A stretch of DNA of 63,933 nt, counting the filler, from Octopus bimaculoides (Eukaryota): NCBI RefSeq assembly GCF_001194135.2. It is 6 parts of 6 records of this genome, joined end to end, with 100 filler letters (N's around TTAATTAATTAA, not from the genome) between each part and the next. Parts side by side here need not be neighbours in the genome. Positions count along the whole stretch, not along the records: positions 62,913 to 63,933 come from NW_026395564.1; 5 more parts are not named here. One strand, 5' to 3'. The notes beneath the pieces were generated by a model. It was not told where the DNA came from. It saw nothing but the letters and a program-made list of their open reading frames with translations, and made no database searches. Within the stretch, counting starts at the first letter, position 1. Every line of letters starts with the position of its first letter. A program made the position numbers and the translations under genes. This document shows positions 63,898-63,933 of the stretch, one piece after another.

Positions 63898-63933
<36 letters not shown>

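Overview
AT-rich, microsatellite-dense eukaryotic scaffold with many N gaps. It is very probably an octopus draft genome (inferred from the tRNA-derived SINE families, HERO/R4/RTE/CR1 LINE relics and TTAATTAATTAA gap linkers). The first 12.5 kb holds seven copies of an intron-containing tRNA-Lys(UUU) gene: 4 essentially intact and 3 degenerate. All seven carry the same ~34-bp upstream motif ending 18 nt before the gene. The middle is a transposon graveyard: hAT, R4/Dong, RTE, Gypsy, HERO, CR1, Tc1/mariner, piggyBac-like MITEs and many SINEs, several in inverted pairs. The only convincing host coding sequence is a signal-peptide first exon (51226-51373, +) resembling a class C GPCR (mGluR-like). 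Downstream of it, probably in its first intron, lie a tRNA-like relic inside an inverted repeat, a Penelope-type minimal hammerhead motif, and a 1.66-kb ORF1-only (CCHC gag-like) retroposon. That element has an 18-bp target-site duplication and shares its 3' tail with a local SINE. All calls were made by eye, no searches were run, and repeat boundaries are approximate unless stated.
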